Program-made: the position numbers and the translations under genes
The notes under the pieces: model-generated
The model's input: the letters and a program-made list of their open reading frames with translations, nothing else
Told to the model about the DNA's origin: nothing
Database searches by the model: none
Part shown: positions 37,362 through 45,992 of the stretch, one piece after another
How positions within the stretch are numbered: the stretch's first letter is position 1
Layout of the letters: each line of letters opens with the position of its first letter
Source of the DNA: an uncultured Clostridia bacterium
Lineage (GTDB): Bacteria; Bacillota; Clostridia; Oscillospirales; QAKW01
DNA length: 64,000 bases
NCBI GenBank assembly: GCA_947627315.1
Contig: CANQVN010000001.1
Span: 1,656-65,655 of the forward strand
Direction: 5' to 3'

Positions 37362-37406
37362 CCTCCAAATTCTGATTTTTGTCGAAACAAAAACAGAATC
37401 CGGAGG
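37362..37406 (-). promoter_or_regulatory. RBS-sequestering stem-loop / attenuator in front of the orf7-like gene
   Basis: Minus strand: CCTCCGGATTCTGTTTTTGT TTCG ACAAAAATCAGAATTTGGAGG, then CTTTTATG. The 3' arm contains the GGAGG Shine-Dalgarno sequence. Confidence 0.5.
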
Positions 37407-37612
37407 CGCACGCGGACGCAATAGGTATAAAAAACCAAAACTCTTGAATGGATTAGGTTCAAGAGTGATTCTTGTTATTTTACGGGATTGGCATCGCGAA
37501 TGAGTTGATCGATTTTGCCTGCATAAAGTAGTCCAACATAATCCCCGCCTTTGTTAATGAAATTCAGGCATATATCTCGGATCACAGACAACAAAATATT
37601 GGATAAATGGAT

Positions 37613-37646
37613 AAATAGACGATGGCGCACCTGCCATCGTCTATTT
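37613..37646 (-). terminator. Hairpin at the 3' end of the XRE gene
   Basis: AAATAGACGATGGC / GCCATCGTCTATTT 14-bp stem overlapping the stop codon. Only a weak T-run follows. Confidence 0.45.
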
Positions 37647-37926
37647 ATCTGCTTTTTATTATCATGTCGGGCAGCGTAGACGCTCTGAGCAAATCAGCCG
37701 GATCGACATTTAATGCGTCGGCAATATTGAACAGCACGTCGAGCGAAAAGCCGTAAGCCATGTTGGGCGCTTCGATGTTGCTGATAAGAGAACGGCTCAC
37801 TCCGGCGTTGGCCGCAAGTTTTTCCTGCGTTAATCCGCGCACTTTGCGAAGCGTGGAGATAGCTATTCCCAGTTGAACGAATCTATCTCTGTTTTTATAA
37901 CCTATCTCTTTACCCATAGCATCCAC
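37645..37926 (-). CDS. XRE-family HTH transcriptional regulator (start 37926 GTG or 37917 ATG)
   Basis: LRKVRGLTQEKLAANAGVSRSLISNIE is a classic HTH_3 pattern. Confidence 0.75.
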   Translation of the reverse strand: MDAMGKEIGYKNRDRFVQLGIAISTLRKVRGLTQEKLAANAGVSRSLISNIEAPNMAYGFSLDVLFNIADALNVDPADLLRASTLPDMIIKSR

Positions 37927-37995
37927 ACTTTCTTTGTTATTTCATTTTAATTATAGTATGAAATGCCTTTTCTTTCAGTACGCAACAGTAAGCGA

Positions 37996-38024
37996 TTGAC
38001 TTTATTAGTCAGCAATAGTATAAT
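37996..38024 (+). promoter_or_regulatory. Near-consensus sigma-A-type promoter divergent from the XRE gene, pointing at the island/integrase
   Basis: TTGACT-N17-TATAAT. Confidence 0.6.
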
Positions 38025-38152
38025 GTTATAGGCATATAAGTTTTTAATTGCTTAGGCAACTGTGTACGGAGGCTGTAATTTGGTAAGCAGTAATATACCG
38101 TGTAGAAAAACAAAAAACAGACGCCAAAAGACATCTGTTAATTTAATGTGTT

Positions 38153-38178
38153 TTTTCGTAAAGTATGTCACTCAACGA
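38153..38178 (+). repeat. Left copy of the perfect 26-bp inverted repeat bracketing the island integrase
   Basis: TTTTCGTAAAGTATGTCACTCAACGA. The exact reverse complement occurs at 39589-39614. Confidence 0.9.
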
Positions 38179-38200
38179 AGCAAATTCTTTATAAAACCCA

Positions 38201-38228
38201 TATAATTATACACGTATAATTATACACG
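38201..38228 (+). repeat. Perfect 14-nt tandem direct repeat upstream of the integrase (candidate arm-type or operator sites)
   Basis: TATAATTATACACG x2 (38201-38214 and 38215-38228). Confidence 0.8.
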
Positions 38229-38390
38229 ATGTCGCCGTACTTGTCAATGTGTCAGCAAATAATATCGAAAAAGATAAATTTTTGCGGTTTTGAGATATCA
38301 CAATAAAGTTTTGCTACACATGGACAACCTGTTTTTCGGCCATTTGCCGTCAACATCGCCGTCATCAATTAAAAAGTTGGAGGAAAATTT

Positions 38391-39521
38391 ATGCCAAAGA
38401 CAGGAGAAAACATTTATAAACGCAAAGACGGTCGATGGGAGGGCAGATACATTCGCTACTATGATGAAAATGGAGTCGGTAAATACGGATATGTATACGC
38501 TAAAACTTATAGAGAGGTTAAGATAAAACTTGCAGAAAAATCTGCAATTATTTCATCTCGACAGATATTACTTTCAAATAGTCATGTTACCTACGACGAA
38601 ATTTTAACCGCATGGTTACAGTCGTCAAGAATTAACATAAAAGAATCAACCTACGCGAGATATACGCATATAGTTGATAGTCATATCCGACCATCGTTGG
38701 GTAAGTATCAACTTTGCAAGATCAGCACGCAGTTAATTGAAGGGTATATAGAAAGCAAATTGCACAATGGAAGATTGGATAAGAACGGTCCTCTATCTGC
38801 AAAAACCGTAACAGATATGCTCTCTATAATCAAAAGTTCTTTTGAATATGCCAGATACAATAATCTTCCGGTTATTTGTAATTTAAGCAAGTTGTCGATT
38901 AAAAGAAAAGATAAAGAGATGCGTGTACTCCGACAGGATGAGCAAAATTTGTTGGTGCGTGTGCTGCTTGATAAAATTGATTTATATAAATTCGGTGTTC
39001 TTTTATCTCTTTATACCGGTATTAGAATTGGAGAACTATGTGCATTACGGTGGGGCAATTTGTGTTTAGACGACCGTATTCTTAGAGTCAGAGAGACGAT
39101 GCAGCGCATCCGGGATACAAACATGGAAACAAATACTAAGACCAAGATCATTATTACAGAGCCAAAGAGTCAGTGCTCTATCCGTGATATTCCATTGCCG
39201 GAATGTATCGTTGTGATTGCACGACAATTTCGCGCATCAGATAAAGATTTTATTCTTACCGGAGATCGCGTAAAATTTGTTGAACCTCGTACAATGCAAA
39301 ACCGTTTTAGGCATTACGTCATGGAATGCGGAATCGACCAAGCAAATTTTCATTCTCTCAGACATACATTTGCAACACGATGTGTTGAACTTGGTTTCGA
39401 ATTGAAGAGTTTGAGCGAAATACTCGGTCATTCAAATGTAAATATTACTCTTAATAAATATGTCCACTCATCATTTGAGTTGAAACACAGCAACATGAAT
39501 AAACTTACATTACCACTTTAG
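38391..39521 (+). CDS. int: Tyrosine site-specific integrase (Tn916-Int/phage-integrase family) of the nested island
   Basis: RBS GGAGGA. N-terminal arm-binding pattern GENIYKRKDGRWEGRY. Catalytic-region motifs LYTGIRIGELCALRW, HSLRHTFATR and LGHSNVNITLNKYVH. Confidence 0.85.
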   Translation: MPKTGENIYKRKDGRWEGRYIRYYDENGVGKYGYVYAKTYREVKIKLAEKSAIISSRQILLSNSHVTYDEILTAWLQSSRINIKESTYARYTHIVDSHIRPSLGKYQLCKISTQLIEGYIESKLHNGRLDKNGPLSAKTVTDMLSIIKSSFEYARYNNLPVICNLSKLSIKRKDKEMRVLRQDEQNLLVRVLLDKIDLYKFGVLLSLYTGIRIGELCALRWGNLCLDDRILRVRETMQRIRDTNMETNTKTKIIITEPKSQCSIRDIPLPECIVVIARQFRASDKDFILTGDRVKFVEPRTMQNRFRHYVMECGIDQANFHSLRHTFATRCVELGFELKSLSEILGHSNVNITLNKYVHSSFELKHSNMNKLTLPL

Positions 39522-39544
39522 CGCCGTCAAAATAATAGTCAAAT

Positions 39545-39586
39545 AAGCGTCCGAAAGTCACGTTATAACTGTGATTTCGGGCGCTT
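39545..39586 (+). terminator. Strong hairpin after the island integrase (weak T-run)
   Basis: AAGCG-CCGAAA-TCAC ... GTGA-TTTCGG-CGCTT. It ends 2 nt before the right inverted repeat. Confidence 0.45.
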
Positions 39587-39588
39587 TG

Positions 39589-39614
39589 TCGTTGAGTGAC
39601 ATACTTTACGAAAA
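39589..39614 (-). repeat. Right copy of the perfect 26-bp inverted repeat
   Basis: TCGTTGAGTGACATACTTTACGAAAA is the reverse complement of 38153-38178. Confidence 0.9.
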
Positions 39615-39620
39615 TATAAA
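39592..39620 (+). promoter_or_regulatory. Candidate promoter whose -35 box lies inside the right inverted repeat
   Basis: TTGAGT-N17-TATAAA, 16 nt upstream of ATG 39636. Confidence 0.45.
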
Positions 39621-39635
39621 ATAGCGGGTGTGAAT

Positions 39636-39983
39636 ATGAGCGATTACCAAGTAAATAAGTTGCTTGACATTGATAAAGATCAGTTAATTGCACGATTAAC
39701 TTCTGATTTGTCTGCGCTGTGAGCAAAACTTGGAATATCACAGTATGCACTTGCCAATCTAATTGGAATATCAAGGCAAACCTACAATTCTATTGAAACC
39801 GGCAAGAAAAAGATGCCGTGGAATGTCTTTTTGGCCTTGATTTTGTTATTTGGCTTTAATGAAAAAACTTCGTATCTTGTAGAGGCATCTGGTGCATTTT
39901 CTCCTTCCCTAAAAAAGGTTTTAGGAATCAATGAACGGGTTGAGAAAGCACTTGACGATATATTGGTTTCAAATACAATATAA
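39636..39983 (+). pseudogene. XRE-family HTH regulator interrupted by an in-frame TGA at 39720-39722
   Basis: MSDYQVNKLLDIDKDQLIARLTSDLSAL*AKLGISQYALANLIGISRQTYNSIETGKKKMPWNVFLALILLFGFNEKT.... The HTH lies downstream of the stop, with no start codon after it. Confidence 0.6.
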
Positions 39984-40312
39984 AAATTTGATGGCAAAAT
40001 AATAGTCAACCAATTCATTAAAAATTCAACAACAAAAATATTTAAATTTTGGGGAGTAAATTTAGAAGTAAATTATAGAGTAGAGTTGATCAAATATAAA
40101 GGCGACCAATAATACCTTTATAGGGTGACGTCAAAGCGAGGATATCAATACATTATCCTCTTTTAGATATTCCAAACCTTCATATATGTACTCGAATTAA
40201 ACTTTTACGAAAAATTAGCCTTGAGTTTCCAGTATCTATGCCTGAGAGAACTATGGTGCAAGTTCTAACCAGATTTCCTAAAAAGTAACAATAATTCAGG
40301 AGGTTTCATCGT

Positions 40313-42007
40313 ATGAGCGATATGGATATACTCTCTGATGGCAATTTTGATATCGAATCTGACTCAAGTCTTGACAGCGACTTGGATTTGTATATGGATT
40401 CCGATATAGAATCTCTGGATTCGTTTGATGATGTTGATGCTTCGTTTTTGGGGGACGGCGATTCAAATATGGATCTCGATTCTACAGGCTCGGACTTTTT
40501 CAATGAGTCATTTGATGAAGTTGGTCTGCAAGCAGATATAGATGAAGCATCTGATTCTTCAGAAGATCTTTTGAGTGATTTGGATGAAGTTCCCGATACG
40601 GAGAACTTCGAATCTATTTCGGAAGTTGATATTGATACATCTGACGATGAAATTGAAATTCTTGAAATGGATGATGGTGAACTAATCGATGAAGTAGGAA
40701 CAGCATTTGAAGCCGACGATGAAACAGAAGAAGTTTCGGGTGAACAAATTGACTTACTTGATACAAATGATTATTTAAGCGATGTGGCTGATGATATACA
40801 AGAAGAAGCCGGTTTAATTTCAGACGAAACGGAAACCTTGTCTGAAAACATCAGTGGCGGGTTGGATTTAGAAGACGGACTTGAATCATTATCTCTTGAA
40901 GATTTAACAGATCTCGAGTATGAAAATGGTAATGAAGAACTGGAAGAACTTGTCTCGCCGGCGGAAGAGGAAATGACCGAAACTCCAGAGGATGCTTTGG
41001 ATGCCATTCAAGCGGAGCGGGAAAGACTTACTGAAATAAAAGAAGCACTCGCAGAGATGCAAAATTCCGAAATTAAAGATGCAGATGAGTATGAAGAAGA
41101 TTCTCCGATGGTACGCACTCGTGAGATAACATCTGAGATACTTGAGAGCAGAGAACGCGACACCGAGGAAGTTCTTGATAATTATCGAGATAACCTTCGC
41201 GGATACGGCGTCAATGAAGCGCAGATTGAAGAATTTGTCGAACAAGAACGCGAAAAGATCAACGCCGAATATGAGAGTTTAGATCGCGGAGACGAATATC
41301 CACAGATGTATGAAACGCCGAATGATTGGGAGAAAATTTCAGCATCCTTAATGGGTCAAGAAACTCAAGATGAGATACACTATGAATCCTCTCAGTTTTC
41401 TGAAATAGAAAATCAGGCTTTAGAAGAATTAGAAGAGGAGAATCAGGAGTTAGAGATCAATTATGATGAAATTTATGAGGCTATTCAACAAGATTCCCTT
41501 GAACAAGGTTTTGAGAATATCCAAGTAGATGCAGACCCGGAGAGATTAAATCAATCATTAGAAAACTTCAATGAATCGACATGGGAGGATCTTACTCTCG
41601 ATGAACAAAAAGACTCGATGGCATCTTTGGCTGATTATGTAGTCGATGTGATCGGATTTGAAAATCCACCAAAAATTGAGTACTACAACAACGAACGTAA
41701 AGGTGACTTTGGCGGATACGACTCAACTGCCAATACTTTGTATATCAATGAATATATGTTATACAATTCCGATGAGGCTGCCGATACAATTGCTCACGAA
41801 CTATGGCATGCCCATCAACATGAATGTGCTGAAAATCCTCAAAGTGCTCTCGATTATCAGTATCAGTACAATTTTGAAAATTATATACCGCCTGAATTGG
41901 GGCAAGAAGAGTATGAATCCCAGTTAGTTGAAGCAGAAGCCAGAGCTTTTGCGGCTCAGTTCAAAGATAGATTATCTCATATTAATAGAGGTCATGACGA
42001 TGGATAA
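40313..42007 (+). CDS. Hyper-acidic protein with a C-terminal HExxH zincin-like domain
   Basis: RBS AGGAGG. The first ~230 aa have almost no Lys/Arg and are D/E/S-rich. C-terminus: TLYINEYMLYNSDEAADTIAHELWHAHQHE...EAEARAFA. Confidence 0.55.
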   Translation: MSDMDILSDGNFDIESDSSLDSDLDLYMDSDIESLDSFDDVDASFLGDGDSNMDLDSTGSDFFNESFDEVGLQADIDEASDSSEDLLSDLDEVPDTENFESISEVDIDTSDDEIEILEMDDGELIDEVGTAFEADDETEEVSGEQIDLLDTNDYLSDVADDIQEEAGLISDETETLSENISGGLDLEDGLESLSLEDLTDLEYENGNEELEELVSPAEEEMTETPEDALDAIQAERERLTEIKEALAEMQNSEIKDADEYEEDSPMVRTREITSEILESRERDTEEVLDNYRDNLRGYGVNEAQIEEFVEQEREKINAEYESLDRGDEYPQMYETPNDWEKISASLMGQETQDEIHYESSQFSEIENQALEELEEENQELEINYDEIYEAIQQDSLEQGFENIQVDADPERLNQSLENFNESTWEDLTLDEQKDSMASLADYVVDVIGFENPPKIEYYNNERKGDFGGYDSTANTLYINEYMLYNSDEAADTIAHELWHAHQHECAENPQSALDYQYQYNFENYIPPELGQEEYESQLVEAEARAFAAQFKDRLSHINRGHDDG

Positions 42008-42296
42008 AATTATACAATATTTAATGTGTGAAAAGGGCGTTACTGAAGTAGTTGCCAAAGTCCTGTTCAGAACACTTACAAAGTATAAGGATATCGAGAG
42101 CGAGTTTATTTATTGGATAGATAATAGAAGTTACAATGCGCCAAACGCCATTGAAATTGGCGGCTACTCTGCCAAGAAAATCAGTGAAATCGCACCTTCA
42201 TTGGATGCAGCCGGAGTGTATAATTTCATGGTTACACTGCGAGATGTCCCCGAAAAAGCACAGGAATATATTAAAAATGGATTTCCAAGAAAGTGA
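42000..42296 (+). CDS. Small hypothetical protein (99 aa) overlapping the HExxH gene end (possible cognate partner or immunity-like protein)
   Basis: The ATG lies inside GATGGATAA of the upstream stop. No family recognised. Confidence 0.4.
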   Translation: MDKIIQYLMCEKGVTEVVAKVLFRTLTKYKDIESEFIYWIDNRSYNAPNAIEIGGYSAKKISEIAPSLDAAGVYNFMVTLRDVPEKAQEYIKNGFPRK

Positions 42297-42305
42297 GGGT
42301 TGATT

Positions 42306-44066
42306 ATGGAAAACAACAGACTTACAGGTTACCCGTCGATTGATAAGCCTTGGATGAAATACTATGATTGCAGCGACAAGGTAGATATTCCTAAGCTCTC
42401 AATATATCAAATGATCAGAAAGAATAACGCAACCCGTTTGAATAAGGTCGCTCTTGATCTGCGGAGTAGTGCAAACGGTTATAAAAAGGGAATCGAAATC
42501 ACTTATGGGAAGTTTTTCAAGCGTATCGAAATGGTTGCAAAGGCATATTCATACTTGGGTCTTAAGCCAGACGACATTTTGATAACTATTTTGCCCAATA
42601 TCCCCGAGAGCAGAATTTTGATTTACGGAATGAATCTTCTCGGCGTTACTGTATATCCCGTTTCTCCGTTTATTTCAGTTGTTCAGTTGGAAAAGGTGAT
42701 TGACGAATGTAGCTCAAAAAATATAGTTGTTTTTGAAAAATTCCTTAAAAAATTTGAGAGTGCTTTGGCGGCAAAATCATTCAACAGTATCTTGCTTGTG
42801 AATGGCATGGAATCGGCTCCTTTTGCTCTTAAACTGGCACAGAAAATTATCAACCCCGCTGTAAAGCGTGAACTTACGAACGGGAATTTGCTATACTGGA
42901 GTCATATCGAAAAATTAGCTGATAAGGTCAAAAAAGATATTGTACCATACTATGATTCTGAACATATAGCAGTTATAGTTGGCACGAGTGGGACAACTGG
43001 CACGCCAAAGGGGGTATGCCTTACAGATGATAATCTCAACGCTATTGCGCTTCAGCATTACTTGAGCGGTATTTTTGATGAAGAAGATGTTATGCTTGAC
43101 GCTCTTATTCAGTCGATTGGGTATGGGATATCTACGATGCACTATTCAACTTGTTATGGATTAAAGAATATTCTCATTCCTGAACTGCTAACAGATAAGT
43201 TTTCTGAGGTTCTTTGTTTGACTAAACCCGACCACTTTACGGGAGGTCCGGTACATTTTCAATATCTTGTTAACAGCAAGGAATTTATCAATAAAGAACT
43301 TCCTCCGATGAAAAATTTAGTTTCGGGAGGAGCCTCCTTGCCAAAGGTTTTAGAAAAGCAGATTAATAATGTCGATGATGATTTTTCTGAAAATGGGCAA
43401 AAGGATAACAGGATAATTGTGCGTCAAGGATTTGGATGCACCGAAAACGGTGGCTGCGGAGCATATTCAAAGGCAGGAGCATACAAATTTGGCGGCGTAG
43501 GGATACCGCTCCCGCTAGATACTTTTGCTATTTTTGAGCCAAATACGGATAAAGAACTGCCGTATAATACCGAAGGGGAAATATGTATAAGTGGTCCTAC
43601 GGTCATGAAATGTTACTTGAATAATCCTGCCGAAACAGAGAATGTTCTTAAAGCCCATTCCGACGGTCGCGTATGGCTTCACCTTGCCGATCTTGGGGAA
43701 ATCGACGAGGACGGACAGGTGTATATTATTGACAGAATCAAAAACATATTCATGCGTACGGGCTTCAATGTTCACCCGTCAAAAATTGCGGAGTTTATTT
43801 CTTCCCTGCCGTACATAAGCGAGTGCGTCGTTTTGGGTGTACCTGACTCAAAGGAGCAGATGGTCCCTGCGGCGTATATGGTAATAAATCCCGACTGCAA
43901 AGAGGATAAAGACAGCGTTTTGAAGTCGATTCAAAAAGAATGTGAGAGCAATCTCAGCGAAACGGATATGCCTGCGCACTGGTATTTTGTGGATGATATC
44001 CCGAGAAACGCAGGAGGCAAAGTAGATTACCTAGCCTTAGAAAAAGAAGCGGCATATATCAATTAA
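42306..44066 (+). CDS. ANL-superfamily adenylate-forming enzyme (acyl-CoA synthetase-like), paralog 1
   Basis: N-terminal TGYPSIDKPWMKYY. Motifs VGTSGTTGTPKGV, GFGCTENGG, GEICISGPTVMKCYLNNPAET, LADLGEIDEDGQVYIIDRIKN and C-terminal GGKVDY. Confidence 0.75.
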   Translation: MENNRLTGYPSIDKPWMKYYDCSDKVDIPKLSIYQMIRKNNATRLNKVALDLRSSANGYKKGIEITYGKFFKRIEMVAKAYSYLGLKPDDILITILPNIPESRILIYGMNLLGVTVYPVSPFISVVQLEKVIDECSSKNIVVFEKFLKKFESALAAKSFNSILLVNGMESAPFALKLAQKIINPAVKRELTNGNLLYWSHIEKLADKVKKDIVPYYDSEHIAVIVGTSGTTGTPKGVCLTDDNLNAIALQHYLSGIFDEEDVMLDALIQSIGYGISTMHYSTCYGLKNILIPELLTDKFSEVLCLTKPDHFTGGPVHFQYLVNSKEFINKELPPMKNLVSGGASLPKVLEKQINNVDDDFSENGQKDNRIIVRQGFGCTENGGCGAYSKAGAYKFGGVGIPLPLDTFAIFEPNTDKELPYNTEGEICISGPTVMKCYLNNPAETENVLKAHSDGRVWLHLADLGEIDEDGQVYIIDRIKNIFMRTGFNVHPSKIAEFISSLPYISECVVLGVPDSKEQMVPAAYMVINPDCKEDKDSVLKSIQKECESNLSETDMPAHWYFVDDIPRNAGGKVDYLALEKEAAYIN

Positions 44067-44082
44067 AGTTAAGAGGTCAAAA

Positions 44083-45837
44083 ATGCAAATCGAGAAGAAA
44101 ATGACTGGCTACCCGTCAATTGATAAGCCTTGGTTAAAATATTATCGTAAAGAAGCAATCAACGCTCCGCTCCCAACATGCTCAATGTACGAATATATTT
44201 ACAAGAACAATAAAAATCATCTCGATGCTATTGCGCTTGTATATTTTAATACTAAAATAACTTACCGCACCTTATTTGATGAAATTAATAAAGCAACCAC
44301 AGCATTTCTTGCTGCTGGACTAAAAAAAGGCGATGTTGTTTCGTTTATTACCATTACTACTCCCGAGATGATATATGCCCTCTATGCAATAAATAAAATT
44401 GGAGCGATTGCGAGTATAATTGATCCACGCGCATCGGCGGAGTCATTAAAAAAGCAAATTACGGATGCAAAATCTAATATACTGATTCTACTTGATGCTT
44501 GTATAGAACAAGTTGAATCTGTTATATCCTCTTTGACTTTTAAGGAAATAGTGGTTATACCTGTAAACCAATCAATGAATTTTCCTATCAAACAGATCTA
44601 TTCGGCAAAGGCGATATTTAGCAAAAAAATACCCGTCAGAAGTTTTCGATTTATTACTTGGAGGAATTTCATAAAAGCATCTGATTCTTTGCTGCTTACT
44701 ACAATTGAATCAGATGCTAATGCACCCGCAGCAATTACCTATACTGGTGGAACAACTGGCATTCCCAAAGGCGTTGTGCTCTCTAATCAAAATATCAATT
44801 CCGTTGCAGAACAATATAAAAATGCTGCTAGTTCTCTTAAAAGAGGTCAATCTTGGCTTACCGTTTCAGCGCCATTTATAGCATATGCCTTTATTGTCGG
44901 GCTGCATCTTCCATTATCATACGGAATGAGATGCTGTATAGAATTATATGATCCAGAAGTTATGGTTCATAATATTCTTCGAAAAAAGATCAATCACGTG
45001 GCAGCAACACCTGTTGTGTTTGAAAAATTACTTAATAACCCCCGAGCGCAAAAAGCAGACCTATCTTTTTTAATTGCTCCTACTTGCGGTGCAGATGCTC
45101 TGAGTCTTCAATTAGAACAGAGGATTAATACATTTTTATCTGAACATAAGTGTAAATGGAAAATTTGCCAGGGGTATGGCATGACAGAGGTTGGAACAGG
45201 CGTCTCTTTAAATATTTCGAAAAATTGTTATAAACTTGGTAGCGTTGGTGTTCCATTTGGAAATACAATAGTATCAACCTTTGATACAAAAGCATATGAA
45301 GAACAAAAAATTGGCTCTGTAGGTGAAATATGTATACAGGGACCAAGTGTTATGCAAGGATACTATAATGATCCGATTGCAACAAACTTGGTTATACGGA
45401 AGCACTCTGATGGCTCAGTATGGTTTCACACTGGAGATTTAGGCTATTTTGATGAAGACGGTTTTCTCTATATAGTCGGAAGAATAAAACGAATGATTAC
45501 CCGATATGATGGCTTTAAGGTATTTCCCGCCGTAGTTGAAGAGGCATTGATAAAACATACTTATGTTGAACAATGCGCGGTAATCGGAGTAGAGGATTCC
45601 AAACATCAAGTTGGACAATTACCAGTTGCATTCATTGTTTTATCTAAAGATTGTGATATTGCACAGACCAAAATAATCAGCCAATTAAATGTTTACTGTA
45701 ATAATCTTTTGCCAAAATATGCACACCCTATCACATATTTTTTTCGCAACTCTTTGCCTCTCACTGCCGCAAATAAAATAGATTATAGGGCACTTGAGGA
45801 AGATGCCGCCAGTACAGAAGAAATCAGAATTGAATGA
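44083..45837 (+). CDS. ANL-superfamily adenylate-forming enzyme, paralog 2
   Basis: N-terminal TGYPSIDKPWLKYY. Motifs YTGGTTGIPKGV, GYGMTEVG, GEICIQGPSVMQGYYNDP and TGDLGYFDEDGFLYIVGRIKR. Confidence 0.75.
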   Translation: MQIEKKMTGYPSIDKPWLKYYRKEAINAPLPTCSMYEYIYKNNKNHLDAIALVYFNTKITYRTLFDEINKATTAFLAAGLKKGDVVSFITITTPEMIYALYAINKIGAIASIIDPRASAESLKKQITDAKSNILILLDACIEQVESVISSLTFKEIVVIPVNQSMNFPIKQIYSAKAIFSKKIPVRSFRFITWRNFIKASDSLLLTTIESDANAPAAITYTGGTTGIPKGVVLSNQNINSVAEQYKNAASSLKRGQSWLTVSAPFIAYAFIVGLHLPLSYGMRCCIELYDPEVMVHNILRKKINHVAATPVVFEKLLNNPRAQKADLSFLIAPTCGADALSLQLEQRINTFLSEHKCKWKICQGYGMTEVGTGVSLNISKNCYKLGSVGVPFGNTIVSTFDTKAYEEQKIGSVGEICIQGPSVMQGYYNDPIATNLVIRKHSDGSVWFHTGDLGYFDEDGFLYIVGRIKRMITRYDGFKVFPAVVEEALIKHTYVEQCAVIGVEDSKHQVGQLPVAFIVLSKDCDIAQTKIISQLNVYCNNLLPKYAHPITYFFRNSLPLTAANKIDYRALEEDAASTEEIRIE

Positions 45838-45992
45838 ATCATTAATAAAATTGTAAATTTCAGAAGTACATCCTATTGTGAAATTCACTTTTGAAGATAC
45901 ACTTTTACACGATTAAAAATAACTTTTTTCGGCTTCGAATAAAAATAATTCTATATATAGTAAATAAAGGTGAAAACATGGAGGAAATGTAA

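Noticed and set aside
39720-39722. TGA reassignment (genetic code 4/25) for the AT-rich island
   Set aside because: At least one neighbouring island gene (42000-42296) terminates sensibly at TGA, and I saw no other gene that needs TGA read as sense. A point mutation or error is more parsimonious.
39505-40018. Minus-strand ORFs 39505-39774 and 39782-40018
   Set aside because: They are antisense to the XRE-like frame, whose HTH is clearly recognisable. The first merely reads through the right inverted repeat.
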